From positions 25,903 to 89,902 of IMG/VR virus record IMGVR_UViG_3300031466_000058: a stretch of DNA of 64,000 nucleotides; one strand, given 5' to 3'. The notes beneath the pieces are model-generated. The model made no database searches. It had not been told where the DNA came from and worked only from the letters and a program-made list of their open reading frames with translations. The DNA is from a virus. Lineage: Duplodnaviria; Caudoviricetes. The position numbers and the translations under genes are program-made. This document shows, in pieces, positions 17,480-28,576 of this stretch. The number at the start of each line of letters is the position of its first letter. Within the stretch, counting starts at the first letter, position 1.

Positions 17480-19777
17480 TTAATAAAATGCTCTAAATGA
17501 CATATTTAAGGATAACCATGCTTGCGGTGAACTTCCCCCATTTCGCAGTACAACAAGTCCTGAGCTAGTAATGTCTACCCTAGCAAATGCTCCCCCACTT
17601 ACTGCACCTGCTGTTGGTTGTAAGAATATTAATGTGCCTAGAGGTCTATAACCAACAGGAAGCTGAAACAACGTTGTATCATTGTTAGTCTTGCCATTCC
17701 TTATTAAACCGCCTACATGAACAATACCATTTTTATCCTTCCAATATCTACATCTATAAAATCCTTTATCATCGCTAGAATAATTCTCCCAACCATTTTG
17801 AAGAGAGGCTAGCGTAGTATTTTCTTGAATAAATTTGCCATCGCCTAGCAAATCTATATCAATATAGGAAGAACCATAATCCTCTGTTCTACCGTATATT
17901 TTCCATCTCTTAGCATTGGCATCAAAATAGGATTGTATACGACCTTTACCATAGTCATCACTATAAGAGTTTAAGTCAAAGTATCCACCTCTCACATATA
18001 AACCTCCACCAACCTCTAATCCACGAGTGGTTGTTTGGTCTAATATTTTCGGAAGTGTATTCACCGATACCGACTTATTTTTAACATCTATGTAAAAAAT
18101 AGGTTGACCAACAGGAACAGCTATATTTACCAATGTTGAACCTAATTTATCAACAACTTCAACCTGTATATCCCATTCATGAAGAATATCTAATGTCAAG
18201 TCTTTGCTGGTTGCTTCATAATTAGGGAATCCTGTTACAGAAAATGAATACCAAGCACTAAATACGCTATCAGTAGATTTCTTATATCTATATCTAGAAC
18301 TTACTAAACTATTTTTATTGCTATCTCCTATCTTTACAGGAGATAGACTACCGCTAAGACTTAGCTTAGTATTTTCTTCAAAACCATTATTTCTTGAAGC
18401 TCTTGTATTTACTATTGGTGGCTTATACGGTACAATCTTTACTGTCTTGGAAACGCTTGTGCTAAACCCCCTGCTATCAATAGCTCTGACAGTTAATGTT
18501 ACATCATTTTCTGCATCAATCGCTCCCATATCTATATACCCTGTTGACGTTATACTTCTAGTTACACCGTTGATAGATATTTCATATTTAGTAATAGACG
18601 ATTGATTTCGTGGAGTAGCACCATTGTTTATATATGCTCTCAAATTAGATTTACCCTGTATAATGTATTGGTCGTTGCCTGTAAGATTTACTGTTGTAGA
18701 ATTTATATCTTTATAAGATATATTACTTGCAGAAAATGTTGGCTCACTATTTCTAACATGAAATTGCAGTAGTGCATTCCATGTTGGTCTAACTTGCACC
18801 CCATCGTAGTATGTTGTAACATATATTTTACCATCTCTAACTCTACTGTTTGGCATTTGTGAATATAGAGATTGTTGCTCGCTAGCACTAGGTGTCCATG
18901 AGAAACTAGTTTTAACATTGCTGATAGTTTTAGTAAATGAACCTAGCTCAATTCTTATAGTATGTGTAAACTCTGAATTTTTACTAACCAACGAACCTGT
19001 GATTGTTTGGTCTACATAAACATAATGGTCGAAACTATTACTCAATACTGTTGCGCTAGGATTAATAATTGTTCCTGTATATGTTTTAGAGCCTATATAT
19101 GTACCGCCACTTCCATATGTTCTGATTACTATTCGAGATTCTGCACTAGACCTTTGACCTAAAGCTTGAAAAATCAACTTCTTCTGTGCTGTTGAGAATG
19201 ATGTTGATAATGATGTTTGTGATGTGCTGAAATACACACTCTTTATATCTATCCAATTTCCGCTAACATTCTTAACAGATATGTCGGCATAATGATAAAA
19301 TGATGTTGATGCCCTAGATATACTTATTGTTCTATCACTACCTGCTATAATATTTGCAGGCGTGGTCATACTTGATGCTCTAGGTATTGTATTTAGCGTA
19401 AATGTTCTCTGTGGCATTTCTATTCTTCCATAGTAAGTACCACCTAATGTTACCTCTGCATCAAATAATCCATCTAAGTAAAATGATGCTGTACCGTCAC
19501 TATTATGGTTTATTATTTCTGTTCTTTGCATTATCAGCTTCTTCTGATTTCCACTTAAACTGGCTGATGCTGTACCATATACCCATCCACCATTGATATT
19601 TAATCCTACTGTTTTTGTGGCACTCGAACGGACAGCACCATAATTATCTCTTGCTATCCAATATAATCTAGCAGTAACATTCGAATAGTTTCCACTAATA
19701 CTTTGAGATGCTGACCACTCTAGTTGTAGTCTCCAATGACTTCCTACATCAACGTAATAACTTCCACTTAACGCCAT
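17480..19777 (-). CDS. Siphovirus minor tail / receptor-binding protein (DUF859-like)
   Basis: SQSISGNYSNVT, LNTIPRASS, VRAIDSRG; C-terminal LQNGW...VHVGGLI...LPVGYRP head domain. Confidence 0.85.
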   Translation of the reverse strand: MALSGSYYVDVGSHWRLQLEWSASQSISGNYSNVTARLYWIARDNYGAVRSSATKTVGLNINGGWVYGTASASLSGNQKKLIMQRTEIINHNSDGTASFYLDGLFDAEVTLGGTYYGRIEMPQRTFTLNTIPRASSMTTPANIIAGSDRTISISRASTSFYHYADISVKNVSGNWIDIKSVYFSTSQTSLSTSFSTAQKKLIFQALGQRSSAESRIVIRTYGSGGTYIGSKTYTGTIINPSATVLSNSFDHYVYVDQTITGSLVSKNSEFTHTIRIELGSFTKTISNVKTSFSWTPSASEQQSLYSQMPNSRVRDGKIYVTTYYDGVQVRPTWNALLQFHVRNSEPTFSASNISYKDINSTTVNLTGNDQYIIQGKSNLRAYINNGATPRNQSSITKYEISINGVTRSITSTGYIDMGAIDAENDVTLTVRAIDSRGFSTSVSKTVKIVPYKPPIVNTRASRNNGFEENTKLSLSGSLSPVKIGDSNKNSLVSSRYRYKKSTDSVFSAWYSFSVTGFPNYEATSKDLTLDILHEWDIQVEVVDKLGSTLVNIAVPVGQPIFYIDVKNKSVSVNTLPKILDQTTTRGLEVGGGLYVRGGYFDLNSYSDDYGKGRIQSYFDANAKRWKIYGRTEDYGSSYIDIDLLGDGKFIQENTTLASLQNGWENYSSDDKGFYRCRYWKDKNGIVHVGGLIRNGKTNNDTTLFQLPVGYRPLGTLIFLQPTAGAVSGGAFARVDITSSGLVVLRNGGSSPQAWLSLNMSFRAFY

Positions 19778-19825
19778 ATATAATATTCACTCCTTTTTCT
19801 CTATCTATTGTTGTGCATTCTATTT

Positions 19826-22621
19826 TTAGTCAACAGGAACGAATGCCCAACCGTTATAATTTTCTGACTGGATTTTTATTACTTTTATTCCACCCATTGT
19901 TATTTCGTCTTCTGCTCTAAATTTCTTAGTAACTGTTTCTTCACCGTTTAGGTAGAATACCTTCTCGAATCCACCGTTACCTGTTGTATCGTAATATCCT
20001 GCAAACTCATCTGGTGTTATTTGTGTATAGCCTATTTCTCTCCTGTCTTTATCTAATTGAGAAACACGAATACCATTTATATCCATTCTTATATTCGTAT
20101 TATATACTTCACCTGTAGCTAAAGACCATTGTAGTGGTACGTCTCCAATGTTGAGCATTAGACCTGTTATAACTGCCTCTGTTCTAGATTCCCCTACAAT
20201 ACGTATATGAATAGTATCAGAGTATGGAATATACACTCCATTCCCATGCTCATACCCTGTTGTCACTTCGTCTGACGGAAACTGTTTCATAACTGTCACA
20301 GTATCGTCTTCAATTATCTCTATTCTCACCTCTCCATCATATAGGGAGGATGAGTATTTATTTACATACCACGATAATGTATACGGTTGCCCTGTGGCAA
20401 CAGGTATTTCCTGAATTAACCCTTTTATTCTACCGTCTCCCGTAAAGTGAAACCCACTACCAAAACCCAAAGTATCCAACTCCGTATTTCTTATAGTTAG
20501 TGGGTTCACATTTAAATTATCTTCTGGTGCAGGTGTCCAGTCGGTGGCACGATTGCCGAGTTCTAACTTGATGTCAGTGATATAGATATCAAAAGGAGAC
20601 TGATCATTTCCAATCATAAAATTAAATAGGTCTATACTACTCCCAGTAGTAGTGAAAGTGTATGAATATTTTTTTGGCGAATTTGTCAGGGTAAAGGTTT
20701 GCCAATTCTGAGTGACAATTGTATTGCCAAGTCTTTGGTGGAATCCAACCGTCATTACCGAATTATTTTGTGAATACGCAATAAAAGAAACCGTATATGG
20801 TGTAGAAGGTTTAATACTAAGAACTAATTGGCTAATTCCTCGCCATCTATTAGAATCGTTTTGCGATAAATGCACCCATTTTTTTCCGTTCAAATCAACA
20901 ACTTCTCTTGTAGCAGTCCCCCAATTAAACCAATTATTCAATCCATTTCTAAAATCAGTATTTCTTAATAAATTCCGTCCACCAATCTCAAAGGGATAAA
21001 TAGTATTCCAAAAATCTACATCTGCAAATCCGATAGAGTTTTTAAGTAAATTCATCCCACCTGTTGCAGAAAACTTGGCTGTAATATTTCTTGATGTTTC
21101 CTCTAATTCTAACTTTGTAGCATAAGGAGAAAAATCTATACCTTGTATGGCATCATCTATTTTCCCATCGACTTCTCCTGAGAGTTCATCTAACTCATCT
21201 TTTGTCGCAAAACCGCCTAAAGATTCTACATCTGCTTTAGAGTCTAAGATATTTTGAAATGTTGTTGACTCTGTTATTGTTGTTACAATTTTGTCAGCAG
21301 TTATTTCTTGTTCAACATTGTTAATTCTAGTAGACAAAATATCAATACTATCTTCTATATCTTCTGGGGCTGGTGTCCAGTCGGCAGGAGCTTTATTCCC
21401 CCTAACAATCATTAAACCATTTATCCATACATCTCCATTATTTGTTGTGGCATGAAACTCCATAGATTTTGTTCCGTTTGCCACAGTAAAAGTATTCTCG
21501 AAATATTTCCATTCATTTGTTACTGTAACTGTATGATTATGTGTGCTTGTACGGGTATTACCTGTTTCTGTTGTAAATCCAATTCTTTGTGTCCATAAAG
21601 TGTCACTAGATAGCGAATCTGTTTTTGCCCAAAATGATACTGTTACAACTTCTCCCGCGCTAATTAAAAATCTTTCACTAAATGACGCCCAAGATGTGTC
21701 AACATAAAAACTTGTCGGACTTATGCGAGTAACTTCGGACGTTTCTCTGTTTTTTGCTGTTATATTCGGTCTAAATAAATTCCTTCCGCTAATCTCAAGA
21801 TTATTAATAGCATTATCAATATCCTGTGGCGTAGCCTTATTATTAATAACATTAATTTGTTGAACCCATGCTTCACTCCTAGTTACAGTGTTAACAATAG
21901 CGGTATCAGTAACCTTACTTTCAACAGTAGTTACTCTACCTGTTAGACTGTCTAGGTCACGACCTATTACATCTACATCATTTTTTAGTTCGTCATTGTT
22001 TTCTTTAATTTTTTGTGCTGTTAACTCTGCTAAGGCATCGACAGCCAAATAATACTGTAGCCACATATCTCTAAATGTAGATTTAGTAACAGATATTACA
22101 ACATCTGCGTTAGCATTTCTAGTATCCCAAGGAACAATAGGTGTTAAACTTTCAAGATATGATTTTAAATTATTGTATTTAGTAGCTACATTTACATATG
22201 TAGTGTTACTTGTAGGTATACCTACATTTCTAGCAGATTTACGAACCGACCAAAAACTACCTTTGCCACTATTATCCAAAGTTGATACACTAGGCAATGA
22301 TGTTACTGTATCTGCAATTACATATCCAATAATTTCAGTTAATTTATCTTTAACAACTTGTCGCTCTTGGAAGTTGATTAAGTTATCGTTAGCCATATTT
22401 CCTAGTGTCTCATTAATTTCTTCAATTACAACGCTAAGGTTTGGGTCTAACTCACCCAAGTCAATCCACGCTTCACCATTCCATTTTTTAAGCATTGGTG
22501 GGTCTTGACTTTCATCTATCCATAAAGTGCCGACAGTTGGATTTGATGGAGGAATGCCTGCTATGATAGCGTCATTTAAATCCATCAATGATATTTGTCC
22601 AACTCCTACAACATTAGACAT
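19826..22621 (-). CDS. Tail fibre with carbohydrate-binding-like modules
   Basis: PPSNPTVGTLWID, repeated GGRNL...GN.ATDWTPAPED modules; AAGGAG RBS before ATG 22621. Confidence 0.8.
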   Translation of the reverse strand: MSNVVGVGQISLMDLNDAIIAGIPPSNPTVGTLWIDESQDPPMLKKWNGEAWIDLGELDPNLSVVIEEINETLGNMANDNLINFQERQVVKDKLTEIIGYVIADTVTSLPSVSTLDNSGKGSFWSVRKSARNVGIPTSNTTYVNVATKYNNLKSYLESLTPIVPWDTRNANADVVISVTKSTFRDMWLQYYLAVDALAELTAQKIKENNDELKNDVDVIGRDLDSLTGRVTTVESKVTDTAIVNTVTRSEAWVQQINVINNKATPQDIDNAINNLEISGRNLFRPNITAKNRETSEVTRISPTSFYVDTSWASFSERFLISAGEVVTVSFWAKTDSLSSDTLWTQRIGFTTETGNTRTSTHNHTVTVTNEWKYFENTFTVANGTKSMEFHATTNNGDVWINGLMIVRGNKAPADWTPAPEDIEDSIDILSTRINNVEQEITADKIVTTITESTTFQNILDSKADVESLGGFATKDELDELSGEVDGKIDDAIQGIDFSPYATKLELEETSRNITAKFSATGGMNLLKNSIGFADVDFWNTIYPFEIGGRNLLRNTDFRNGLNNWFNWGTATREVVDLNGKKWVHLSQNDSNRWRGISQLVLSIKPSTPYTVSFIAYSQNNSVMTVGFHQRLGNTIVTQNWQTFTLTNSPKKYSYTFTTTGSSIDLFNFMIGNDQSPFDIYITDIKLELGNRATDWTPAPEDNLNVNPLTIRNTELDTLGFGSGFHFTGDGRIKGLIQEIPVATGQPYTLSWYVNKYSSSLYDGEVRIEIIEDDTVTVMKQFPSDEVTTGYEHGNGVYIPYSDTIHIRIVGESRTEAVITGLMLNIGDVPLQWSLATGEVYNTNIRMDINGIRVSQLDKDRREIGYTQITPDEFAGYYDTTGNGGFEKVFYLNGEETVTKKFRAEDEITMGGIKVIKIQSENYNGWAFVPVD

Positions 22622-22695
22622 AATCCAATTCACTCCTTTAATCTCAAAAAGGAAAAAACTTTTATTACAAAGATCTTTTATACCTTTCTATATTT

Positions 22696-22724
22696 ATTAT
22701 ATCATTATTTATTACATTTGTCAA
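22696..22724 (-). promoter_or_regulatory. Sigma-A-type promoter inside tail operon
   Basis: TTGACAAATGTAATAAATAATGATATAAT. Confidence 0.75.
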
Positions 22725-22739
22725 ATCTTATATCGTATT

Positions 22740-24482
22740 TTATTTACTTACTTCACATACAAGATTAGCTCTTATATAGAAATCTTCTGCTTTTACAGTA
22801 ATAGTTTTTCCTGTTTTAGTTCCAAATTCTGTATCTAATTGACCGTTCTCTTTGTATAGATACCATTTGTATGTAAACTCTGTTCCAGAAGTATCTATCT
22901 CCATACCGTTTCTATATAATTTAGCTGTGTATGAAGATTCTCCTTGACCGTTCTTAAATGTATTTAAACCGATAATTGATACAACAATTGGGTCTGTAAC
23001 GTCAATTACGGTACATACATCTTTATATTTATTCCCATCATATGTAACTACACACTTAAACGATTCTACGCCTGCGATTGCACTTGCAGGGATAGTGATT
23101 GTAGCTGTTGTATATCCTGTTACACCTGCGTTCCAAGTTGAAGTTAATAGTCTCCAACCATTTCCACCATCTGCGTCTCCACCACTAGAAGTTGTAGCTG
23201 TTGGGTCTTGAATATACCATTTGAAAGCAGAAGGTGTAACCTCTGTAGTACCTTTATAAACTGTTACAGTAGCTTTAAGAGTGCCTTCATGGTTTCGAAT
23301 CATATTTCCATCTGGTGTCCAAACTGTAGCAATTACAGAATCGATACCATCTCTACCATCTCTACCATCAGAACCATCCGTAACAACAGGGATAATCTGC
23401 TCATCTAATAGGTTACTTGTTCCTCCTGCCAAGAAAAGTTCAACTTTTAAAGCTTTAATATTAGTAGTAGATGGAGTGTACTCATAAAATGATTGGTCTG
23501 AAGATGATGTATACTTGGCTGTGAAAGTTGTTCCATCTGTACTCTCCGAGATTCTAAATCTACCGCTATATGCAATAGGAGAACCTGCACCTATTTGAGA
23601 TTTAGCTGATACTGTAACTTTTGAAGGTACTAATGAGCCTGCTCTTGTTTTTGCAATGGCAGGAACGTTACTGATTAGCCAGTAAGTTGTAGGCGTAGTA
23701 CCATCTTCACCTCTTTTGGATTTACTTAAATTAAACCTTTTAGTAATTGAAGCATAACCGCTACGACTTACAGTAATATCAACATATCCTGTATCTGTAG
23801 TCATATTTGTAACAGTATAAGTTTTGCCATTGAGCGTACCTGTTACACCACTAGATGCTGTTGCCGAAGCTGTCCAACTAGAGCTTACATCTGTTACACC
23901 CTCATAAACAACAATTGTTGTGTTAGCACCTGTATAGTTACCGTTTCCACCGCTCTTATCAGTAGGAATAACGTGTGAATCGTTTGTTAAAACAGCCATA
24001 ATAGCGTTTCTACCATCTTGACCATCGGCACCTTTTTGACCGTTTGTAACTTTAACTAACTCAATATCTGCCTTAGTTATAACGTCAAATCCTGTGTCTG
24101 GGTCTGTAAATACCATTTCACAAATATACGTCATGGTTACTGCCGAAGCTAAAACATTAGATTTTATTGTTAGAGTTTTTACACTATCTGTCCCTAGTTC
24201 ATATGTTGAATCACTTTCTGTAATTTCAACAGGGTCTCCTCCACTATTTTCTCGATAATACCATTTTACAGATTTGGATTGACTTGCTAAATCTTGGCTA
24301 CTGCCTGCAATAAATAATTGTGGTGTTAAAACTTGTGGTGTGCTTGCATAATTGGGGATATATTGCCCATTATTCGGATTATAAATTACTGTTTTCGCTT
24401 GACTAGCACCAATATATGATACTAGCTGTTTTGAATCATTTAAGTCAATAAGTGTAATTTGACCAGAAGCTACTATCGCCAC
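22740..24482 (-). CDS. Tail fibre/baseplate protein
   Basis: ASGQITLIDLND start, short collagen-like GxD triplets, Ig-like beta-rich segments. Confidence 0.75.
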   Translation of the reverse strand: MAIVASGQITLIDLNDSKQLVSYIGASQAKTVIYNPNNGQYIPNYASTPQVLTPQLFIAGSSQDLASQSKSVKWYYRENSGGDPVEITESDSTYELGTDSVKTLTIKSNVLASAVTMTYICEMVFTDPDTGFDVITKADIELVKVTNGQKGADGQDGRNAIMAVLTNDSHVIPTDKSGGNGNYTGANTTIVVYEGVTDVSSSWTASATASSGVTGTLNGKTYTVTNMTTDTGYVDITVSRSGYASITKRFNLSKSKRGEDGTTPTTYWLISNVPAIAKTRAGSLVPSKVTVSAKSQIGAGSPIAYSGRFRISESTDGTTFTAKYTSSSDQSFYEYTPSTTNIKALKVELFLAGGTSNLLDEQIIPVVTDGSDGRDGRDGIDSVIATVWTPDGNMIRNHEGTLKATVTVYKGTTEVTPSAFKWYIQDPTATTSSGGDADGGNGWRLLTSTWNAGVTGYTTATITIPASAIAGVESFKCVVTYDGNKYKDVCTVIDVTDPIVVSIIGLNTFKNGQGESSYTAKLYRNGMEIDTSGTEFTYKWYLYKENGQLDTEFGTKTGKTITVKAEDFYIRANLVCEVSK

Positions 24483-24509
24483 AATTAATTCTCTCCTTTA
24501 TTTCCCTTT

Positions 24510-27200
24510 TTATTCTTCTATATCAACATCACAAGAGAATATAGCTTTTTGGTAAACGTCATATTCATCTATTTCTATGACATTACCAATTCCAACATGC
24601 TCTTCGTTCCATGCTGTATCTAAGTTTCCATATCTATCACGCTTTGTCCATATGAAACTAGTCTTTGGTAATGTGTCAGTCACATCATCTTTCCCACGAT
24701 ATACTCTAGCTGTTATAGTGGTTTTAACATTGCCATTTCTAAATGTAGTACCATGAGATGAGTGTAATTCTATTTTCCAAACTACATCATCCATTACCTC
24801 TTCTATATTTCTTTGTGCGTTTTCTGCTATATTTTGAGCGTTTTCAGCTAACTCTTTAGCTCTTAGTTGAATAATATTCTGAACAACAGGAACAGCATTT
24901 CTGTAATCATTCCATCTTTGTTCAAATATTACTCTGTCAATTCTTGTTGATTTATCTCTACTGTCTAAACTTAATAACGGAAATCCGTCTGTTTGATTTT
25001 CGATAAACAGATAATTAAATAATGCTTCATATTTTTGATGTAAGTTTACTACCTCTGGAATACTATTACCTTGATCTGCAAAGTATCCATTTAACAATTG
25101 TACTATAAAGTTATATTGCAATTCATAAGCATCCCACTGTGCTTGTAATTGGTCTTTTTCATAATGGGTTATAATGTTGTCATCTCTAAAATCTTCAACG
25201 AAGTCACCTGTTTTTGTCCATTCTTCTACTAGGTTTTTATCACCACTAGAACTTTGGACAACAAATTCACTTGCACGAATCCTAAATCCATTAGCGTCCA
25301 TTGTGAATGAGCCAGCACTATTTGTTATAATAAGTTCTTGACCTGCGATTATTCGACCAATCAATCTTTCAGCCACAACTCCAGATGGCTTAATCGCTGT
25401 TTTCCAAGTCTCTCCACCATCTTCTGTTAATGCTACAATACCTGCTTGCATAATGATTATTTCGTTAGGGAAATCTGGGTCTTTAATTAAGATACCACGA
25501 TTTCCAACTTCGATAGAGTTGTTTACCCCTGCAACAATTCTATTCTTGTTTGCGTTCCATTCTTGTGATACAATAGCATTAACTTCTTTTTCAACAGCGT
25601 TAATCTTATCCCACTTATACTTATTGTTTTCGATTAATGTAGAAGCACTAGAATTACTATATAATAACTGTACTAGCTTCTCCATATCATCTAATAATTC
25701 TTTAGTATTTGCGATTACTAGGTTGGCTTCACCTGCTTCTAGGTCGTAGTTAATTTCTATGATTGTAGCCATATATTCAATATCCATTTGAGGATACTTT
25801 ACTTTAATCATATCACCAAGAACTAACTTATCCCAATAATATTGTTCTTCTACAATATTTAAGAGATTATCGATTGTTACATCAATTACTACTTTCGGCT
25901 GTCTTAACCTTTCAAACTCTTTTAAACCATCTTGATATAATTCCATTGGGTCTATATATCTATCATCAACCCAATCCTTCTCAATTACATAGAGGTTTAA
26001 TTCGTCTAATAGTTCTGGTGTAAAGCCAGAAGCGATTTCTATTTCTTTTTGTAGAGCCTCAATCTGCTCTATGATTCTAGCAACATCAGTTTTTAAGATA
26101 CCTACAGTAATCTGTTGTTCTTGAATTTCAGATTCTTTAGCCATCTTTTCTTGCGTTCTCTGTTCAATCAACTCTTCATCTTCTGTCTTTTTAGCAAGGT
26201 CTAGTAATGAAAGTATATTTTCTAACTCTAAACCTAATTGGTTTAGCTTAGATTCTTCCATGACAAGTTCTGTTTCTTTTTGAGATAAAGTATCTTGCAA
26301 CCCCATTATAGTAGGAGAATATTGTTTCAAAGCTTCTTGATGGTTTAAAATAGCGTGGCACAATTCGTCAGACATAAAGTATGATGAGCGAATTGTATTT
26401 TTATTCTCATCACGCTCGAATGGGTACATGAAGAATGAGAAATCTTCTATATATCCTTGACCTGTAGGATTTACAGAGTGAATTGTTAAACCTTCTGCAC
26501 CTTTAATATGTAGTCTAGTAACCATCTCATCTGTTGTCCTAACTCTTCTAATTGAACGAAGCAATCTTCCGTAGTTGATTGTCATACCTCTGAATTTACC
26601 AATCTTTTTCATATCTCTAAACGATATTTTTCTTTCATGAGTATTCCACTCAATTAACGCACCGAAAGTCTCAACAGCTTGCATAATAGCGTCTAACACA
26701 TTAGTATTATCGCTTATGTCAAAAGTTCTATACATCTCGTTAAATATTGGGTCAATCTCTCCAATAGACCAGACTGTTCCAGATAACATTTTTGTCAAGG
26801 CTTCTGTTGCATTATACACTTCATCAGATGTAAACACAGGAGATTTTTTAGCTCTTAACTCATATCCTAAAGAGAAAGCTTTTACAGTGAATGAATCAGA
26901 ATCTTCACCAGATTCTTCAATTTCATCTATGATATACCACTCTTTGTATGCACCTAAAGTAAACCTAATTAACATTCGTTCACGAATCATATCAACGTGT
27001 TTATTCTTAATTAATTCGCCAGTTTCTTCATCTTCAATTTGATGAGGTATAGAAAAATTCAGTTCGTTAATGTCTCCTAACTTTAAACTAACTGTATCTC
27101 CAAATTTTTCATGTATAATATCGATTATCTTCTTATTAGGCTTTGCTAAATGTAGTTTAGCTTCTTGTGCTCGCTTGCTGTAATCTATATCAATAAACAA
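24510..27200 (-). CDS. Tail-associated hub/spike protein (prophage endopeptidase-tail-like)
   Basis: Position after Dit; VTRL...G.EGLTI.SVNPTGQ.YIEDFSFF, LGD.IKV, DGGETWKTAI...G..AERLIG. Confidence 0.8.
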   Translation of the reverse strand: MFIDIDYSKRAQEAKLHLAKPNKKIIDIIHEKFGDTVSLKLGDINELNFSIPHQIEDEETGELIKNKHVDMIRERMLIRFTLGAYKEWYIIDEIEESGEDSDSFTVKAFSLGYELRAKKSPVFTSDEVYNATEALTKMLSGTVWSIGEIDPIFNEMYRTFDISDNTNVLDAIMQAVETFGALIEWNTHERKISFRDMKKIGKFRGMTINYGRLLRSIRRVRTTDEMVTRLHIKGAEGLTIHSVNPTGQGYIEDFSFFMYPFERDENKNTIRSSYFMSDELCHAILNHQEALKQYSPTIMGLQDTLSQKETELVMEESKLNQLGLELENILSLLDLAKKTEDEELIEQRTQEKMAKESEIQEQQITVGILKTDVARIIEQIEALQKEIEIASGFTPELLDELNLYVIEKDWVDDRYIDPMELYQDGLKEFERLRQPKVVIDVTIDNLLNIVEEQYYWDKLVLGDMIKVKYPQMDIEYMATIIEINYDLEAGEANLVIANTKELLDDMEKLVQLLYSNSSASTLIENNKYKWDKINAVEKEVNAIVSQEWNANKNRIVAGVNNSIEVGNRGILIKDPDFPNEIIIMQAGIVALTEDGGETWKTAIKPSGVVAERLIGRIIAGQELIITNSAGSFTMDANGFRIRASEFVVQSSSGDKNLVEEWTKTGDFVEDFRDDNIITHYEKDQLQAQWDAYELQYNFIVQLLNGYFADQGNSIPEVVNLHQKYEALFNYLFIENQTDGFPLLSLDSRDKSTRIDRVIFEQRWNDYRNAVPVVQNIIQLRAKELAENAQNIAENAQRNIEEVMDDVVWKIELHSSHGTTFRNGNVKTTITARVYRGKDDVTDTLPKTSFIWTKRDRYGNLDTAWNEEHVGIGNVIEIDEYDVYQKAIFSCDVDIEE

Positions 27201-27203
27201 CCC

Positions 27204-27704
27204 CTATACCTCCTTTCTAATTCTGAAATCATACACCTCAAACAATTCTTGTGGTGTTACATTCCCTAGACTATAAACGCCTTTTCTTTTAATCCCTGCC
27301 TTATAGTAAATAATATCTATAAGCTCACTACAGATAAGTTTGTTTTTACTGTTAAACCAAGCATTCTCCCTTTTTTTGAATAATAAAGAGAAGAATAGTC
27401 CAATTATCTGCCAGTAATCATACTTAACACCTACAAACTTATAGGCTAAATTCATGATAGCATAAATCTGCTCTTGTGTCTTTTCTTCAACTGTAGTGTA
27501 TACAACGTGTTTACATTTTTTAAGCTCAATTGTGTCTATTCTAGTGTTTACGAATCTATTAGATTCGACAATTTTTACAATCTTGTTTTCTTTGTCATAT
27601 CCTATGATTAGACCAACATGAGTAAATTCGCTCTTTGTCATTTTGGCAATCACTTTTGATGTAAAACTGCTGTTTTTTCTAAAGAAAACTACATCACCTA
27701 TCAT
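27204..27704 (-). CDS. Permuted papain-like NlpC/P60 (YiiX/YebB-like) amidase
   Basis: GDVVFF, FTHVG, KYDY, LICSELI, VTPQEL. Confidence 0.85.
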   Translation of the reverse strand: MIGDVVFFRKNSSFTSKVIAKMTKSEFTHVGLIIGYDKENKIVKIVESNRFVNTRIDTIELKKCKHVVYTTVEEKTQEQIYAIMNLAYKFVGVKYDYWQIIGLFFSLLFKKRENAWFNSKNKLICSELIDIIYYKAGIKRKGVYSLGNVTPQELFEVYDFRIRKEV

Positions 27705-27719
27705 ATCAATTCCTCTCTT

Positions 27720-27748
27720 ATTATACCATTATTTCTGGCATTTGTCAA
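27720..27748 (-). promoter_or_regulatory. Sigma-A-type promoter inside tail operon
   Basis: TTGACAAATGCCAGAAATAATGGTATAAT. Confidence 0.7.
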
Positions 27749-27758
27749 ATTTCATCTA

Positions 27759-28541
27759 TTAAAATCTATATTTAAACTTGTATCTAAAGGCTATCTTGCA
27801 AGTTCCTTGAATGATAAATTCATTAACCCCTAGAGACAAGACCATATCATGATAATCTCCAACAACATTATCATACCTTGTAACGCCAACAATATCTGTT
27901 ACAATTATCTCTTTTTCTGTGTTTACATATATCTGTTCTGCATTCGTTAAATCACGAATTTCAAAAATTTCACCGTTTTTAATAATTGTTATATGACCGT
28001 CACCAACTTTTTCTATTGAGATTTCTGGGTACACTTCCACATGACCTTTATTTTCAATAGTAATTTTATAGTCTCCTGTATTTTGAGATAAATCATATTC
28101 AGGTGTTACGTGGACAGGGGATTCAATTTTAGATGATTTACATCTCATATGGATAACAACATATCCCTCTCTTAGTCCATTGTGAACAATTCTAGCTTCA
28201 CCAACAGGCATACAGTAAAATACTCTATCTGGCTTATCTTCAAAATATAGGGGTTTATATTTGTCTTGGAAAAGCCAAACAATAACTTTGTCAACATCTT
28301 CATCTGTAAATCTTTTAGTAAAAGCTATTGGCAAATCAAATTCTAATGGTTCTTCTTCAATGCTATGAAATAAAGGTGTATCATTACCCCTAACTTTTGT
28401 CTCATTTATACTTCTTGTTGCGACAAACACTTCATCAAACATTCCACCATCTAAGTTTACATGAATAACTCCAAAGTCTTTTGAAGATTTACCATCATAA
28501 TTAAAGTGTAAACTTTCACTAATAGTTGGCATTCCTTTCAC
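27759..28541 (-). CDS. Distal tail (Dit) protein
   Basis: FNYDGKSSKDFG, WLFQDKYKPLYF.DKPDR.FY, L.LG.N; directly after tape measure. Confidence 0.85.
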   Translation of the reverse strand: MKGMPTISESLHFNYDGKSSKDFGVIHVNLDGGMFDEVFVATRSINETKVRGNDTPLFHSIEEEPLEFDLPIAFTKRFTDEDVDKVIVWLFQDKYKPLYFEDKPDRVFYCMPVGEARIVHNGLREGYVVIHMRCKSSKIESPVHVTPEYDLSQNTGDYKITIENKGHVEVYPEISIEKVGDGHITIIKNGEIFEIRDLTNAEQIYVNTEKEIIVTDIVGVTRYDNVVGDYHDMVLSLGVNEFIIQGTCKIAFRYKFKYRF

Positions 28542-28576
28542 TCCTTTTTATAAAAAGAATGGTAAGAAGAAGGGTC

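Noticed and set aside
17480-22633. Diversity-generating retroelement or invertible cassette acting on tail fibres
   Set aside because: No reverse transcriptase, no TR/VR pair and no inverted fibre cassettes seen
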